A stretch of 64,000 nucleotides of DNA from Cenococcum geophilum (Eukaryota), in NCBI GenBank assembly GCA_050273025.1, contig CP158636.1, positions 558,001-622,000 on the forward strand, read 5' to 3'. Below are positions 48,201-62,154 of this stretch, one piece after another (the first letter of the stretch is position 1; the number at the start of each line of letters is the position of its first letter). A program made the translations under genes and the position numbers. The notes beneath the pieces were generated by a model. The model had not been told where the DNA came from and did no database searches. It was given only the letters and a program-made list of their open reading frames with translations.

Positions 48201-51200
48201 TGATATTAACTAGATTAATTAGACGGATATTATACCTTTAGTAAATAACTTAGAGATGCTAAGTATCTTTAAGGACAAAGATGGAGAGGAGGGAGATGGT
48301 GTTATGGACGCCTTAAGTACAATATTACGACTACTTGGAGAGGAGTTAGAAGAGGCTAGTTAGTTAATATAAGCATGGTCTAGGATAGAGCCTGTGGAAC
48401 CATGTGATAAGGAATGGTAACCGAGGTTATATAATGTGCTACGTATTAAACGGGAGGAACGAGAGGAACTTATATACCTTATATATAACACGTATATTAC
48501 GTATAAGAAGGATTTTATAGGAGTACGGTTGTGTATTTAAGGACCCTTAGTCCCTACCTAGATAGTTCCTTCCTTATAGTAATTCTCAGAATATAATTAG
48601 AGTTAATCTGTTAGGCAACCACTCCACCAGTTATTATTACGTTGTTGACTTACTTGCAATACCTATATACCTAGCCTATTAACAAGTCTACCGTAGTTCC
48701 TACTACAAGGCTCCGTTATATTTACGGTATAGGTCTCGCTATTAATGGTAAGTAGTATATATAGTCCGTCCTAATAACTACTTTAGCTAGTATTACCTTC
48801 TCTTTAAACTAAGATAGGCGAATTAGGTAGGAGGCCATAAATAGCGTTAGTTTATGGTCTATTTCGCATATTAAAAGCGTTAGCAATCTATCGTTTAGCT
48901 TATAACTTCTAGATTTCCGCTATTGCTTTCTTAATAGCCGTAGCTCGCTATATAACTAAAGGTAATGGTGCGTCCGATTTAACCATTTAGGGGTAGGCTT
49001 TAAAGACTAGGAGTATAGGAACTAGGCCTTTTAGGCTAGCTGTGTTATTAATAGCTTTAAAGGCTATTTATAGGGCCATCTCCTTGCTAATTTTAGGGAT
49101 TTTAGTTATAATGATTTAGTAGGCTTATCGTAGCGGACCGTGGTAGCATTCTACTATTTTAATAAAATTATATAATTCGACCGGAACTAACTTTATGGTT
49201 ACTCCTATAGTAGTAATATAGTGTTTAAACTCCTTACTAATAAAGTTATTCCTAGTATCTATGGTAATTAAGTCTGGTGGTCCTAAATAGCTATTAATCT
49301 AGCACATTCGTAGAACGTCCTAAGTGTGCTTAGCGCTAATATTTTATAGCTATCTGCCAGCTTAAAATTAAGTTACTTTATTAACTACGTATAGTAGGGG
49401 GGAGCCGCTAATATACATAATATTGACGATAATATTATAATTAAAGTTAACATTATCTTATAAGGTAAAGCAAAATCTACCTAAAGATCTGCCAAACTTT
49501 TAGTAATAGTAGCAGAGTCTAATTAGCTCTTTAATAGCAGATCTATTAGTGTTATAGCCATAGCTAGTCTTATTAAGAAGCTTTTATAGTCTATTAACTA
49601 ACGGGTAACTAAATCAACGGTATAGGCGTCGTAGTTCTACGTTAATTAAATAGCAAGGGTTCGTATTAAAAGACTTAACAAGATAAGACTATAAGGAGAA
49701 GCTCTATAAGAGAAATGGGTGGCCAAATTATCTAACTACTGGCACCTTTTTGGTGCAAGTAATAATAACGTTTTTTAGGTTATCGTATTTAATATAGAGT
49801 CTATCTATATCTGCTATGTAAAGTAGAAAGGGAGTATCTGCTTTAATAATATAGAATTATACCTTGCCTATAGGGCTGTTGACGTCTATAGTTTTAATAG
49901 ACGTAAAGGCTCCGATCCCAAATTGGATAGTTACTTAGCCCTTAGTTAATATATTAAGACTTATAGACTTACTTACAGCCTATAGAGCTTAGAATTAACT
50001 ATAGCTAGCTATAGACTTACGCGAAGCACCTATATTAATTATAATTCCTATAAAGACCGTTAAGGTATACCGTAACGCTATAGCTATAGCCGTACTATAG
50101 GCAAATGGGTTGGTCTCCGTATAAGGCTCTATAGTAGACTCTATAGTAAGTATTAAAGCTATAAGTAGGTACGTATAAGCCTTATTAGCTAGCTCTACGC
50201 TTATAGAGGTTGCTTTCTCTATAGTAAGCGTTCTAAAGGTAGTAATGTAGGTAGAACTATTATTAGGTTCTCCAGCATCACTCCTAGAGTTATTAGCGTC
50301 GTATATATAGGCTATAAAGTCTAAGTTATCCTCTTTATCTCTTTCGCAGGCGGCGACGTATTATTTAAAGTAGTTGTTAAAGTTGCCCTTATTACGGCCC
50401 TTAATATTAATAAAATGTCTCTTATAGTCGTCTCTGGACCAATTACGCTCCTCCTTTATATATTTCTATAAACGGCAGTCCTCCCTCTTATAGACGTAGC
50501 ACTTAGCCTTTAGTCTGCCGTTAGTTCTATAAGGGCGATTGCTACCATAGCGATTAGTATTTTGGTCTCAATTCTACTTATTTTAGTAGTAACGTTAATC
50601 CGTAAAAAAGGCTTAGTAAGACGATCTTATTAAGGCCTATTAGGGGTATTCTTTTTCCTATATAATAATAGAGGATTATAGCTTACTGATTAATTAAGAG
50701 AGGTCTTCTAAAGGATTAGAGATAGTAATACGGCATACTAGTACTCCCTAGTAAGTAGTAACTAGCTTATTTATAAAAATACGGTTTGTATAGAAGTCTG
50801 GGTATAGTCTATAATATTACTTTAATAGCTTATTTATAAGTAGTTAGAAGTTCTAATAAATTAACCTATTAGGGTTTTTATCTATAACTCCTTAGAGGGT
50901 TATACTATTCTACTTTATAAGGTTCTTGCGGTAGTATTCTAGCCCTTTAAAGAATTATTATATATAGTTATAGGCTTCCGTAAAAGGTTTTAACTTAAGG
51001 TTACTATTATAGTAGTGGTCCTAAGTAAGCCCTTTTAATATATTAGGGAATGCCACTATATAGCCTTCTAGTAGTAAGCTAGATCTCTTATAGATATTAT
51101 AAAAGATGGTTAGCTTAAAGTTAAAGCTATTATTAACTTTATTATACTTTTGGTTATATATATAGATCTTCGCAATTATAGCTACCTTCTTACTATATCT

Positions 51201-52049
51201 AGGTCCTTACTCCACACTAGGCACGGCTAGTTTAGGTAGTGTATATATATATAGCTACTGCGGTTGCTATAGCTACTACAGTTACTACTTTTTTTAGCTA
51301 TAGCAGTTGGTTAATAAGAGCGTGGATTTGGTTATAATTAGAGGATTAAGGACTAGGAGGGGTAGTAGGGGTAGTAGGGATAGTAATTGGAGTAGCTGGC
51401 GGTGCCGTAACTAGAGTAGCTAGTAGTATAGCAGCTAGAATAGCTAGTGGAGTTAGTAGAGTAGCTAGTGGTGGGGCTAGAGGTATAGCAAGCTTGTTTA
51501 AGGTTGAATTAAGTTAGTCTTATAGAGTTATTATAATTATTAGCTTTACCTTTATAAGGGCCGCGATAAGCTCCTTATCCGTCTATTTATAAAACTCTTC
51601 TTTATTAGCGACGTCTATCAGCACCTTACTAAGGGAGTATCTCTTATCTTACTTAATAATATATACTCCTCTCTTAACTAGGTATTAACGGATTCCCATT
51701 CTAATATTAGATTATACTCGTTTAAAGGTCTCTAGCGTAAAGTTCTTAAAGTCTTCCTAAAATACTGTCCATAATGCAAAGTCTATAAGGTTAGATTATA
51801 TATATAGGTGCATCTTAGTCTCCATATACTCCGTTAGGTCGTTATTTATAGCCGTCTCTAAGTCAATTCCGTAGCCGTATTTAGTCATTCTTTCCTTCTA
51901 GTTAATTTCTATATTGTTGTGTCTTAGTATATAAGGGTAGGTGTAAGGGTAGTTATTAGGTTTAAGGTAAGGGTACAAAGGTATATACGTGTCCTATTAA
52001 CGAATCTACAGTTCTTAGACACTGTAGACGATTTTTAGTAAAGATACGG

Positions 52050-52345
52050 TTCTCTAGGCAATCTAACGCGTTAATAGTTAAGTTAATACGTGGTTTTAAG
52101 CTTTAAGGGTCTTCTAGGCGATCTAACGCATTAGTAAGCTGATACGTGGTTTTGAGCTTTAAGGATAATATAGCTCTTTTTAAGTAAAGATATAGTTTTC
52201 TAGGCGATTTAACGCGTTAGCAGTTAAGCTAATACGTGGTTTTAAGCTTTAAGGGTAATGTAGTTTTCTCCTTTAACTAAAATAGGGCGATAGCTCTGCG
52301 ATTTAACGCGTTAGTAGTTAAGCTAATATATGGTTTTAAGCTTTG
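52050..52345. repeat. Four imperfect ~55-bp direct repeats in the Copia 5' leader
   Basis: GCGATYTAACGCGTTAGYAGTTAAGCTRATACGTGGTTTTRAGCTTT. Confidence 0.8.
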
Positions 52346-54092
52346 CTATTACATATTTCCTAATCTATACGTCTACTAATTAGTGTTAGTATACTCGCTT
52401 TATTAACGTGCATAAATATTACTTATAGTAGTATATATGCGGTATTAAAGTTGGTAGTTAATTGTTGTCTAGAAGTAAGGGGTTACTCTAGGGTTAGATT
52501 AGCTAGTCTCGCTTTATAATCTCATGATTACATTATATAATTAACGTTTTAATAGTTATAAAACGTATATAAGAAGCGGTAGAAGTATAAAAGCTACTAC
52601 TATAGATATAAATAGGCGTAAAAAAGAAAATATTAACCCTTTTAGCCCTCTTCCTAATTACCTCTAGTATCTAAGCGGTATAGTAAGCTTACCTATAATA
52701 TATTATATCTATACTAAGCCTAGACTTAAGCGGAATATTTAATAATATATTATATAAGAGACTTCTATAAATCCTAAGAAATAAAGGCCTATTAAACTAG
52801 ATAATTAAGTTTATTTAAGCCTTTCTAATAGGGCGTACTATAAAAATTATAATTAAGGGCTATAAAAGCGAATTAATACTAATACCTATAGGTATTATAT
52901 AGGGATTACCCCTGTTTCTATTTCTAATTCTTTTCTTTATATTTAAACTACTAAAGATATATAATAATAGCTAGGATAATAGCTATATAGAATTATAGAG
53001 GCCTATAAAAGGACACTATATACCGTAATAGAACGTAAAGTAGTAATACTGCTATTAGACGTATATATAGAAGCAACTGCTATATAGAGGGCATCTATAG
53101 TATAAGGCCACCTAATAGAAAAGGAGATACGCTAAATAGTAGAGCGTATATAAGGAGTAAGGGCCCTATAAAGAAGCATTACGCCTAAGCTTATAAGTTA
53201 AAAAGCCCTCTATCTATAAGTGGTAGAGAGAGAATAGGAAATATAAGAGCTACTATAACACTTAGCGCTACGCTAGTAGAGCACTATAATAATAATAGAG
53301 GATATAGGGCCACTAGTATAAGTGGAGATCTACTATATACATCGCAAGATAGGTAGATATTAAGTAAAAACGATGCTAAAAGAAGGCGGTAAAAGCGTAG
53401 AGAGGAACTACGTGGAGCACCCTATAAATAATATTAACTTTCTCCCTATATAAAGGACAGATAAAGGCAGAATTTAAAGCCGCCTTTCTATTATAGATAG
53501 AGGTCTTAGAACTAAACGTATATCTAGTAAGTATCTATATCCTAAATACTATACTATACTATACGTATAAATAGCCTATATAGTTAGTACGCTATATAAT
53601 ACTCTTCTATAACTACTATATAGTAAAAGACTAGCTATTTGCTATAGCGGGCATAAATAATATTACCTAAATACTATTTATAAGCAGGGGCCTATATAAA
53701 ACAGTATAATAGTTTATAGGTTAAGAAGTCCTCTAGTAGTTCTAGATAGTGTATAAGATCTAATAGGAGGACATAGGGGGATATGCCCCTTTTTAGCCCC
53801 TTAGGGACTAAACAACCCTACTAAGCTAAAGGCGGCTTATAGGCGACTTACTATACCCTCCTACTACCCCCTAGACCTTCTAAGATACCTTAGAAGTATA
53901 GTATAAAAGGTAAATATATTATAAAGGTAAATAGGCTAGGTGTAGGTGGAGTGCGTAAGACTAGCTAAAAGGATACACCTAGGTTTTTCCCTTATTAGGG
54001 ATTTTTCCTATAAATAGAAGGTAGAAGCCTATATAGACCTAGTAAAGGGACTAAATTAGGCAATAAATAGAATAAATAAATAATAATAATAA

Positions 54093-55759
54093 TAGCTAGG
54101 ATATAATAGTCCTAGAATTTATAGATAATATAAACCTAATTATATAGAGAAATATAGTAGTAGAAAACTATACTAGGCTAAACTAGGCATATAATAGGTA
54201 CATTATATAGGCAAAACAATATAGCGCTAAATTCGTACTAGATAATTACTAGTTTATCTACTTTATAAGGGAAAAAAGGGTAAGTAGTGGCCTAGCCTTA
54301 ATAGTAAATATCTAGAGCTGCGAAGTAAAACTAGAAGCTACCCTTAAGGTCCTAGGGGTTTAAATAAACTCTAGGTTAAACTAAAACAAGTATATTATAT
54401 AGGCGACTTATAGAGAAGTAGTAGTATTTTTGGTAGTATTATAAATTATTACTTTAATATAAGGACCCTCTTTTAAATATATACGCCTACTATATATAGT
54501 AGTAGTAAGGCTAATAATACTATACGGCTTCTAAATCTAGGGCTTAGGGCTAGGCGGTAAGGTACTAGTAAAAAGCTCCCTAGCGCTACTAGCTAAGCTA
54601 TAAAACTAGTACCTATATGGAACTATAGGGGCCTATAGAAGAATACTACGCGCTATATTAGAACGCGAAGTAGTAGTTCTACTACTAGACTTATATAGTA
54701 ACTTAACTACTATATAGAGAGTAGTTATAGTATAAGGCTACCTAATAGAAGAAAATATATATAAGGAACGAGATATATATATAAGAAGCGATAGCCCCTT
54801 AAAGAGGTAATACGCCTAAATATACTAGCTAAGAAGCCTACTACCTATAAGTAGTAAAGAGAGAAAAGGAAATATAGAAACTATTAGCTTACTAAGCAGA
54901 GACCTAACGCTATACTAGTAGAGCGCTATAATGGTAATAGAGGATAAAAGGTTACTAATATAGATAGAAATCTACTACACTAATTATAAGATAGGCAGAT
55001 CTTAAATAGAAGCGATAATAGAAGGAGGTAGCGAAAATATAAGATGCAGCTATAAAGAACACCCTATAGTTAATACTAATAAAGGTAAAATCTATAGTCG
55101 CCTTTCTACTATAGATAGAGGTTTTAGGCCTAAATATAGCTAGTAAGCATCTATATTTTAAATACCTTACCTTAATATATATACAGGTGGCCTATTTAGT
55201 TAGTACGCTATATATTACTATTCTACAGTTACCGCTTAGTAAGGGACTAGCTACTTACTAGTATAGGTATAAACAATATTACCTAAATACTCTCTATAAG
55301 TAGAGGCCTATAGGTAGTAATAAGATAGCTTATCCCTTGACACGGCAATTTTGGTCCTTAGGTTATTGATAAGAATTGACTAATTAGAAAAGCTAGGTTA
55401 ATGCAAATATCTAATTAAATCTAGTTATAAATATAAGTGACTTTGGTAAAGGACCCTACCGTATTAAGGGATAGGCTAAGAAGTTCTTTAATAGTTCTAA
55501 ATAGTATATAAGATCTAATAGGAGGATATTAAAGGGTACTCCCTTTTCTAGTCCCTTAAAGACTAAATATCCCTACCTAGCTGTAGGTAGTACGCTAGCG
55601 AATTACTAGACTCTTTTACTACCCCCCCTAAATCTTCTAATATACCTAAAAAATATAGTATATAAGGTAGACCTAAAGATATAAAGATATATTAGTTTGG
55701 TAAAGGTAGAATATATAAAACTAGCTAAAAGGAAATACTTAGGGTTTTCCCTTTATAGG
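54093..55759 (+). mobile_element. LINE 3' fragment forming the left arm of an inverted duplication
   Basis: Starts in the RT domain (FIDNINLI = FVDDTNLI); matches 52960-54000 and, inverted, 55767-63103. Confidence 0.75.
55333..55471. mobile_element. MITE (139 bp) with TA duplication
   Basis: TIR TCCCTTGACACGG / CCGTATTAAGGGA, TA on both sides; absent from the homologous LINE copies. Confidence 0.8.
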
Positions 55760-55963
55760 AAAAGGCCCTATAAAGGGAAAATCCTAAGTATTTCCTTTTA
55801 GTTAGTTTTATATATTCTACCTTTACTAAACTAATATATTTTTATATCTTTAGGTCTACCTTATATACTATACTTTTTAGGTATATTAGAAGATCTAGGG
55901 GGGGTAGTAGGAGTATCTAGTAATTTATTAGCGTACTATCTATAGCTAGGCAGCGGTATTTAG

Positions 55964-58900
55964 TGTAACGGCACTATCGCACGTTACCTGCCAAATTCTG
56001 CCATATTCTGCCGACCTGTGATTAGCCCGCCTAAAGTTAGCGCCTTAGCGGCTCACTCTACATATTTGTTTACATTGGTCCTAGCGACCCCTTTTTCCTT
56101 CTCTTTAGCTTAGTATCTTCGTAATATAGCATTCGTTTAAGCTTCGGTTTAGAGGCATTTATTTAAGCCATGACATTATACTAAGCTCTCCCTACCTTGC
56201 CTAGGAAGGCCTTAATAATATCCCACCCTAAAGAAACTTCGTCTGTAACGACGCATTAACGCGCTATACTTAGATACTAAAACAACTCTATATTACCTGG
56301 GAAGGCCTAGATAATATCCCACCTTATAAGCTAAATAGGACTAGACCTATACCCCCGGAATTAAAACTAAAGCATATAATACTAATAAACCTTAGAAAGC
56401 TAACGATAGTACCTAAAGTAAGCTTATCTAAGAGAGCTGCCTCTACTTAAGAGGAACCTAAGATCTAATTAGGATCAGAAATTGAAGATAATAATAATAT
56501 TGTAGATATACGCGAGCAGATTTGCGCCCTTGCAGCTAGCTAGGAAGCCGATCGTCTTAAAGCGAGAAATATATAAGAGACCCTATAAGAGATCCTAGAA
56601 AGCCTTACGGCCCTATAAAATAGCCTAGCTTCCCCTTCTTAAAGCCCTAGCTGACCTATTCACTCTACTAAATATAATATACCAGGGAATACGGATACAA
56701 TAATAAAGTAATTAAAGTCCGTTAAGCTCCCTAACCCCCTACCACTATTTAATGGGATAGACCCTACCTTTAAGAATTAGAGGATTTAAGTACAAGGAAA
56801 GCTCCGTATTAACTACAACTATTTCCTTTCTAAAGAAGCTAAAATGCTCTACCTCTTTAGTCGAACCACTGGGGACGCCCAACGGCACCTTTAAGCTAAG
56901 TTTAAGGACGACTTCCCTGTCTAATTTATATCTGTTAATGAGATAATATAGCACCTAGCGGCTATCTACGTTAACCCGAATAAAGTACGGGATGCCTATT
57001 ATAACTATAATTACCTAATAATAAAACCGAACCAACCCTTTACTAAATTTTAGACTTAATTCCTATACCTTATAGGAGAAGGCTAGGTTCCCCTTAAGAA
57101 CTACTAATTAGACCTATACGATAAGCTAATAATCTAGCTATAAAAAAAGATTACTATAACCTTAAATAACCTACTAACCCACGAAAGACTCGCAGCTTGT
57201 TACCTATTATTAGACTTAGAACTAAAGCGAATTAACGCCTACCCTAATTAGTAGAAGTGACTCCATAATAATTGGAACTCGCTAGTTATACCTATAGGAG
57301 CTAGAGCAGGAAGATAAGTTACGACTGCTCTTATACTAAAGGCGGTTATAACTACGCACCGGCGAGCCTCGCCCAACTAGCTACGTACTACGCCATTAAC
57401 TAGTATTTGCCGTAATACTCTAATTAACCCTACCTCGGCCACGTGCTTTAACTATAATAAGTAAGGTTATTTTACCTTATCTTGCCCGGAGCTAAAGGAT
57501 ATAGGCGATATTAAGGAGATAGAGGAAGGAGAAACGTCTGATAAGTTAGGAAAAAAAGAACCCTAGGGAAAGACTCCCCCCTAGGGTACCCTATCGATCT
57601 TGAAGAGATTAATCTTAGTTAGTTAATAGGTGGAAAGTATTTCACGGTTCTATATATAGTATCTTAAAATAAATATAGAGTTAATATAACCGCCCTTATT
57701 AACATTAAAGTAAATAGCTTCGCCTTTATAAATACTACCTATGCGAATAATATTGCCAAGTTTTTAAATACAGAAGCCATCTAACTAGAGAAGCCTATTT
57801 AAGTAAAGGGCTATAATAGCTAAGCCAGTCGGCCTATTACCTACGTCTTAAAGTTGCATATTACTTTTAACGGACGACGCTAATATAGTATCCCCTTTTG
57901 CATCCTAGACCTAGGGTCCTATGATATAATCCTTAGACGAAAATAGATGTCCTATTTTAATATTTAGTTAAATATATAAAAAAGACAGTTTATCTAGCCG
58001 GAGGATAGACTAAGGTTGCCCTCCTTTATTAGGGAGATCCGAACTAACCGTAAGATACTAGCTATAAGGGGTAACCCTACTTACTAGCAGGATGTCCGGG
58101 CTTATGACCTAGCCTTTACCTAAGAGGACGCCCGCCATAAAGCTAGAAAAAACTCTGTATTAATAAAGATACTTTCCCGAAGCGCTATATTTAAAAAGGA
58201 CTCTACGTATAAAAGCGGAATAAATAATAATATAGATAACGTCCAAATTGTATAGATTTAACTATTATAGAAAAGAACGTATTAATAGGATATAAGGGAT
58301 AACCTTTAAAAGATATAATAGGAGCTAAAAAGAGTAATGATGATGTTAGTACCCTAGAAGTCCCTAAAGTTATATACGCCCCTATTATTAGTTAACCCCC
58401 CTACTATAAATATCGCTGTAATTAGCGCTGTAGCGTTCCACTTTAATATATACCGGAAGAATAATAAGGTCTTTATAACGAGCCTATATAAGATTAACTA
58501 AATTATTAATAATAGAGAGAAAAGGCTAGATAAGGAAACCGATGAGGAACTAGTTAAACGCCTCCTTTTTACCATTTATATAGGCTATAAGGATGCATTC
58601 TTAAAGGCGGCTTTAGATAAGTTACCCCCCTACCGGACGTATAATTATAAGATTTAATTAGAGGCCAATAACTCGCTAGGCTATAGCCCCCTCTACTATT
58701 AATTAATGGATAAGCTAAAAGTAATAAAGTAGTACTTGATTAACAACTTGGATAAAGGGTTTATTAAGCTAAGTTAAGCCCCTTTTACTTCCCCTATTTT
58801 GTTCGTAAAAAAGCCTAATAAAGGCCTTCGTTTTTATATTAACTATTAAAAGCTAAATGTTATTACTTAAAAGGACCGGTATTCTATTCCTTTAATTAAT

Positions 58901-61900
58901 AAGACCCTTACACGTCTAAGTTAGGTAAAGATCTTTACCAAACTTAATATCCGCTAAGCTTTTTACCAAATTAGGATAGACCCTATATCTAAAGATTTAA
59001 TAACATTTTATACCCACTATAGTTCCTATAAATGCAAAGTTCTTCTTTTTAGACTAATAAACGGACCGGCTACGTACTAAAGGTATATAAATAACGTTCT
59101 TTTTAATTACCTTAACAAATTCTATACAGTATACCTAGATAATATTCTTATATACTTAGACAACGAACTTAAGTATTAAGTTTATATTAAGAAGGTTTTA
59201 GAGAGGCTATAGAACGCGGGCTTATAAGTCGATATTAAGAAATGCGAGTTTAGGGTAAAACGTATAAAATACCTTAGGTTTATTATAACTATAGAAGGAA
59301 TTAAGGTTAACCCTAAGAAGGTAGAGGCAATCCGTAACTAAAAGCCCCCTTATATAGTAAAAGGAATCCAGTTTTTCCTTAGTTTTTATAATTTCTACTA
59401 TCGGTTTATCCGTAACTACGGAATTATAGCAAAACCTCTTATACGACTAACTAGGAAGGATATGCCTTTTATCTTTAATAATAGCTGTATAGAGGCCTTT
59501 AAAGAGGTAAAGGATTGGCTTATTTCTTCCTTAATCCTTTATTACTATAACCTGGACCTTAAATTAATGCTAGAAATAGACGCCTCTAATAGGGTTATAG
59601 CGGGAATCCTATTACAGTTACATTTAAATAGTGAATAGTACCCTATAGCTTTCTTCTTAAAGATAATAGACTTGGCTAAGTATAACTATAAAGTATACGA
59701 TAAAGAAATACTAACTATTATTTAATTACTCTCCTAATGGCGCGTAGAGCTTAAAGGTATAAACTCCCGGATTAAGATATATACAGATTATAAAGCCCTA
59801 GAGTACTTTATAACTATAAAGCAGCTTATAGGGTGATAAGCTTAGTAGGCTGAAATACTCTCCTAATTCTTCTTTACGATTATATATCGTTCTAGTAAGT
59901 AAAACTCTAAGGCTAATACCTTAACCTAAAGAGAATAAGATATAGGACCCTAGGATAAGCTAAAGACCTAATATTAGACGCGCGCCCTCTTTTATCCAGA
60001 ATAGCTCAACCCGCGGATTCTTAAGGAGCTAGACTCTTAGTAAAACGAGCTAGTACTAATAGAGGAGTCCTTAGATAAGCTAATAGGGCTAATTAACCGC
60101 CTCCTAACTGTAAACCGCCTAGCTAACGCTTTAAGGGCCCTCCGCGAATAAGCCGTAAAAGGAAACCCTAATTTTAAAACGGAGGAAGGATTGCTCCTAT
60201 ACCAGGAGCGGCTTATAGTCCCTAATATTAACAATCTATAGACTAAACTAATCCGCGAAGCTTATTACTAAGTCTTTACGGTATACCCTAGTAAGAACAA
60301 GACCCGTAAAATTATTAACTACCACTACTACTGGCTAAAAATAGTTATAGATATTAATTGATATATACGGAACTGCAAAGACTGCTAGAGAGCTATAATC
60401 CTATAGGATAAGACCCTAGGACTACTTAAGCTACTCCTAATACTAAAGCGCCCTTAGTAGTATATCTTTATAGACTTTTATAAACTACCTAGGGACCGTA
60501 ACGGATACGATATGGTTATAGTTATAGTTAACCGCTTTAGTAAACGCCTATTCTTAATTCTATGTTACAAAAACATCGATGCTAAAGAGGTAGCCCAGCT
60601 ATATATCTATTACGTCTACTAAATTTACGGACTACTAGATACTATTGTGTCCAATTATAGGCTATAGTTTATATCGGCCTTTTAGAATAAGTTTACCTAG
60701 ATCCTAGGCATTAAGCTAAAGCTTTCTACGGCTTATTACCCCCAGACAGACGGTTAGATAGAGATTATAAATTAGTACCTAGACTAGAGGCTTAGGCCCT
60801 TTATTAACTATTTCTAGGATAACTGGTCTAAACTACTACCCTTAATAGACTACGCGCAAGCAACCCTACCCTATGACTCTATAGGGTTTACCCCAATTTA
60901 GCTAGAAATGGAATACTTACCCTATATAAGCTTTAACTGGAAAAGGCTAGAAGAACCCCAAACTGTATAAGAGAAGCTATCCTATACTAAGGCCTAATAG
61001 TACGCTAAACAATTAGAGGAGGCCTAAACGGTAGCCTATAAGAACCTAGAAAAAGCTTAGAGGTTAATAGAATAGCAGGCGAACAAATACCGTTAAGAGC
61101 CCGATTTTACCCCTAGTGATATAGTCTGGGTTATAATAAGGAATTAGAGGACTAAACAACCTAGCTATAAGCTAGACTACTAGATAGCAGGACTATATAA
61201 GGTTCTTAAAAAGATAGGCAACTTATATAAGATAAAGCTCCTAGACTTAATTAGGGTTTACCCTATCTTTTTACTAGATAAGTTACGGAAAGCTATAAAC
61301 GACCTATTACCTAGATAAAAGAATAAGCCTCCTCTACTAGTTTAAGTAAATAGTGATAATGAATAGAAGGTTAATAAAATACTAGCCTATAAGATAGTAT
61401 GGGGAGCGCTAAAATACCGTGTCTAATGGAAGGGCTACAATCCTAACCTAACCTAGTACCCTACATGGAACTTTATAGGCTGCCCCTAGAAGCTTAAAGA
61501 ATTCTATAACTAATACCCTAATGTACCTAGACCCCTAAAGTACCTAGATAAATAGATGGAATGCTAGCATAATAAAGATAATAAGTTATCGGAAGAATAT
61601 AGGGACAAAAACGCCTCAAAGCCCTAATACAGCTGTCTGCCAAATTCTGCTATATTCTGCCGTTTTCTGCCAGTACCGTAAAATTTCAGATGTCTAAGAA
61701 CTTTAACCGCCGGTTAAAGTTGTCTAATTAGTTAGATCCGTGCTAAGACTTTTAGCGGCTACTTTTTCTAGCCTAGTGCTTCTACTTAGCCTATAATCGC
61801 CCTTTATACTTAGTTAGGACGGACTCGTATCCCCTTTATCTCTTTATCTTATATTTTTATAATCCTATATTTATAAGCCTAGTGCTACCCTATTTTTTCT

Positions 61901-62154
61901 AACTAAGCCTAAGGGCAGGCTTTCTTTTAAAGAGGGGGGTGATATAACGGCGCTATCGTACGTTACCTGCCAAATTTTACTATATTCTACCGACCTGTGA
62001 TTAGCCCGCCTAAAGCTAGCGCCTTAGCGGCTTACCCTATATATTTGTTTACATCGGTCCTAGCGACCCCTTTTTCCTTCTTTTTAGCTTAGTATCTTTG
62101 TAATACAGCATTTGTTTAAGCTTCGGTTTAGAGGCATTTATTTAAGCTATGATA
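55964..62154 (+). mobile_element. Full-length Ty3/Gypsy chromovirus, RIP-inactivated
   Basis: 212-bp LTRs (55964-56175, 61943-62154); TSD TTTAG; PPT AAAGAGGGGGG. The PBS-position ATACTAAGCT (56178-87) is complementary to LTR 56107-16. Confidence 0.95.
56280..61628 (+). pseudogene. pol: Gypsy gag and pol with chromodomain
   Basis: TCFNYNK*GYFTLSCP knuckle; ALINIKVNSFAF (PR); TVYLDNILIY (RT); EIDASNRV (RH); AYYPQTDG*IE (INT); NE*KVNKIL..KYRV*WKGY (chromodomain). Confidence 0.9.

Larger units (their letters stand above)
40716..48720 (+). mobile_element. Full-length Ty3/Gypsy chromovirus, RIP-inactivated
   Basis: 421-bp LTRs (40716-41136, 48300-48720); TSD TTTAC; PPT GGAGAGGAGGGAGA. Confidence 0.95.
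38815..51912 (-). pseudogene. pol: Copia gag-pol (split by the Gypsy insertion)
   Basis: LWTVF*EDFKNF, KCYVYKREDCRL*KY knuckle, IIINIGAS (PR), IIVNIMYI / ITIDTRNNF / VECYHGPLR (INT), LYRVPKARNHWF and VGL*TNNTL (RT), WINSKANPADVITK (RNase H). Confidence 0.88.
38201..52554 (-). mobile_element. Full-length GalEa-type Copia retrotransposon, RIP-inactivated, interrupted by a Gypsy element at 40716-48720
   Basis: 171-bp LTRs (38201-38371, 52384-52554); TSD GTTAT; CTAATTAGT hairpin site after the 5' LTR; gag-PR-INT-RT-RH order. Confidence 0.93.
35520..54092 (+). mobile_element. Fragmented 5'-truncated Tad1-like LINE (pieces 35520-35720, 35919-36152, 37704-38200, 52560-54092)
   Basis: The reading continues across insertion sites (de-RIP ..SWRQFLEEITSNPAKP|HNKGLW.., ..EKIV|AKRI..). 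3' tail (AAT)n at 54070-54092. Confidence 0.75.
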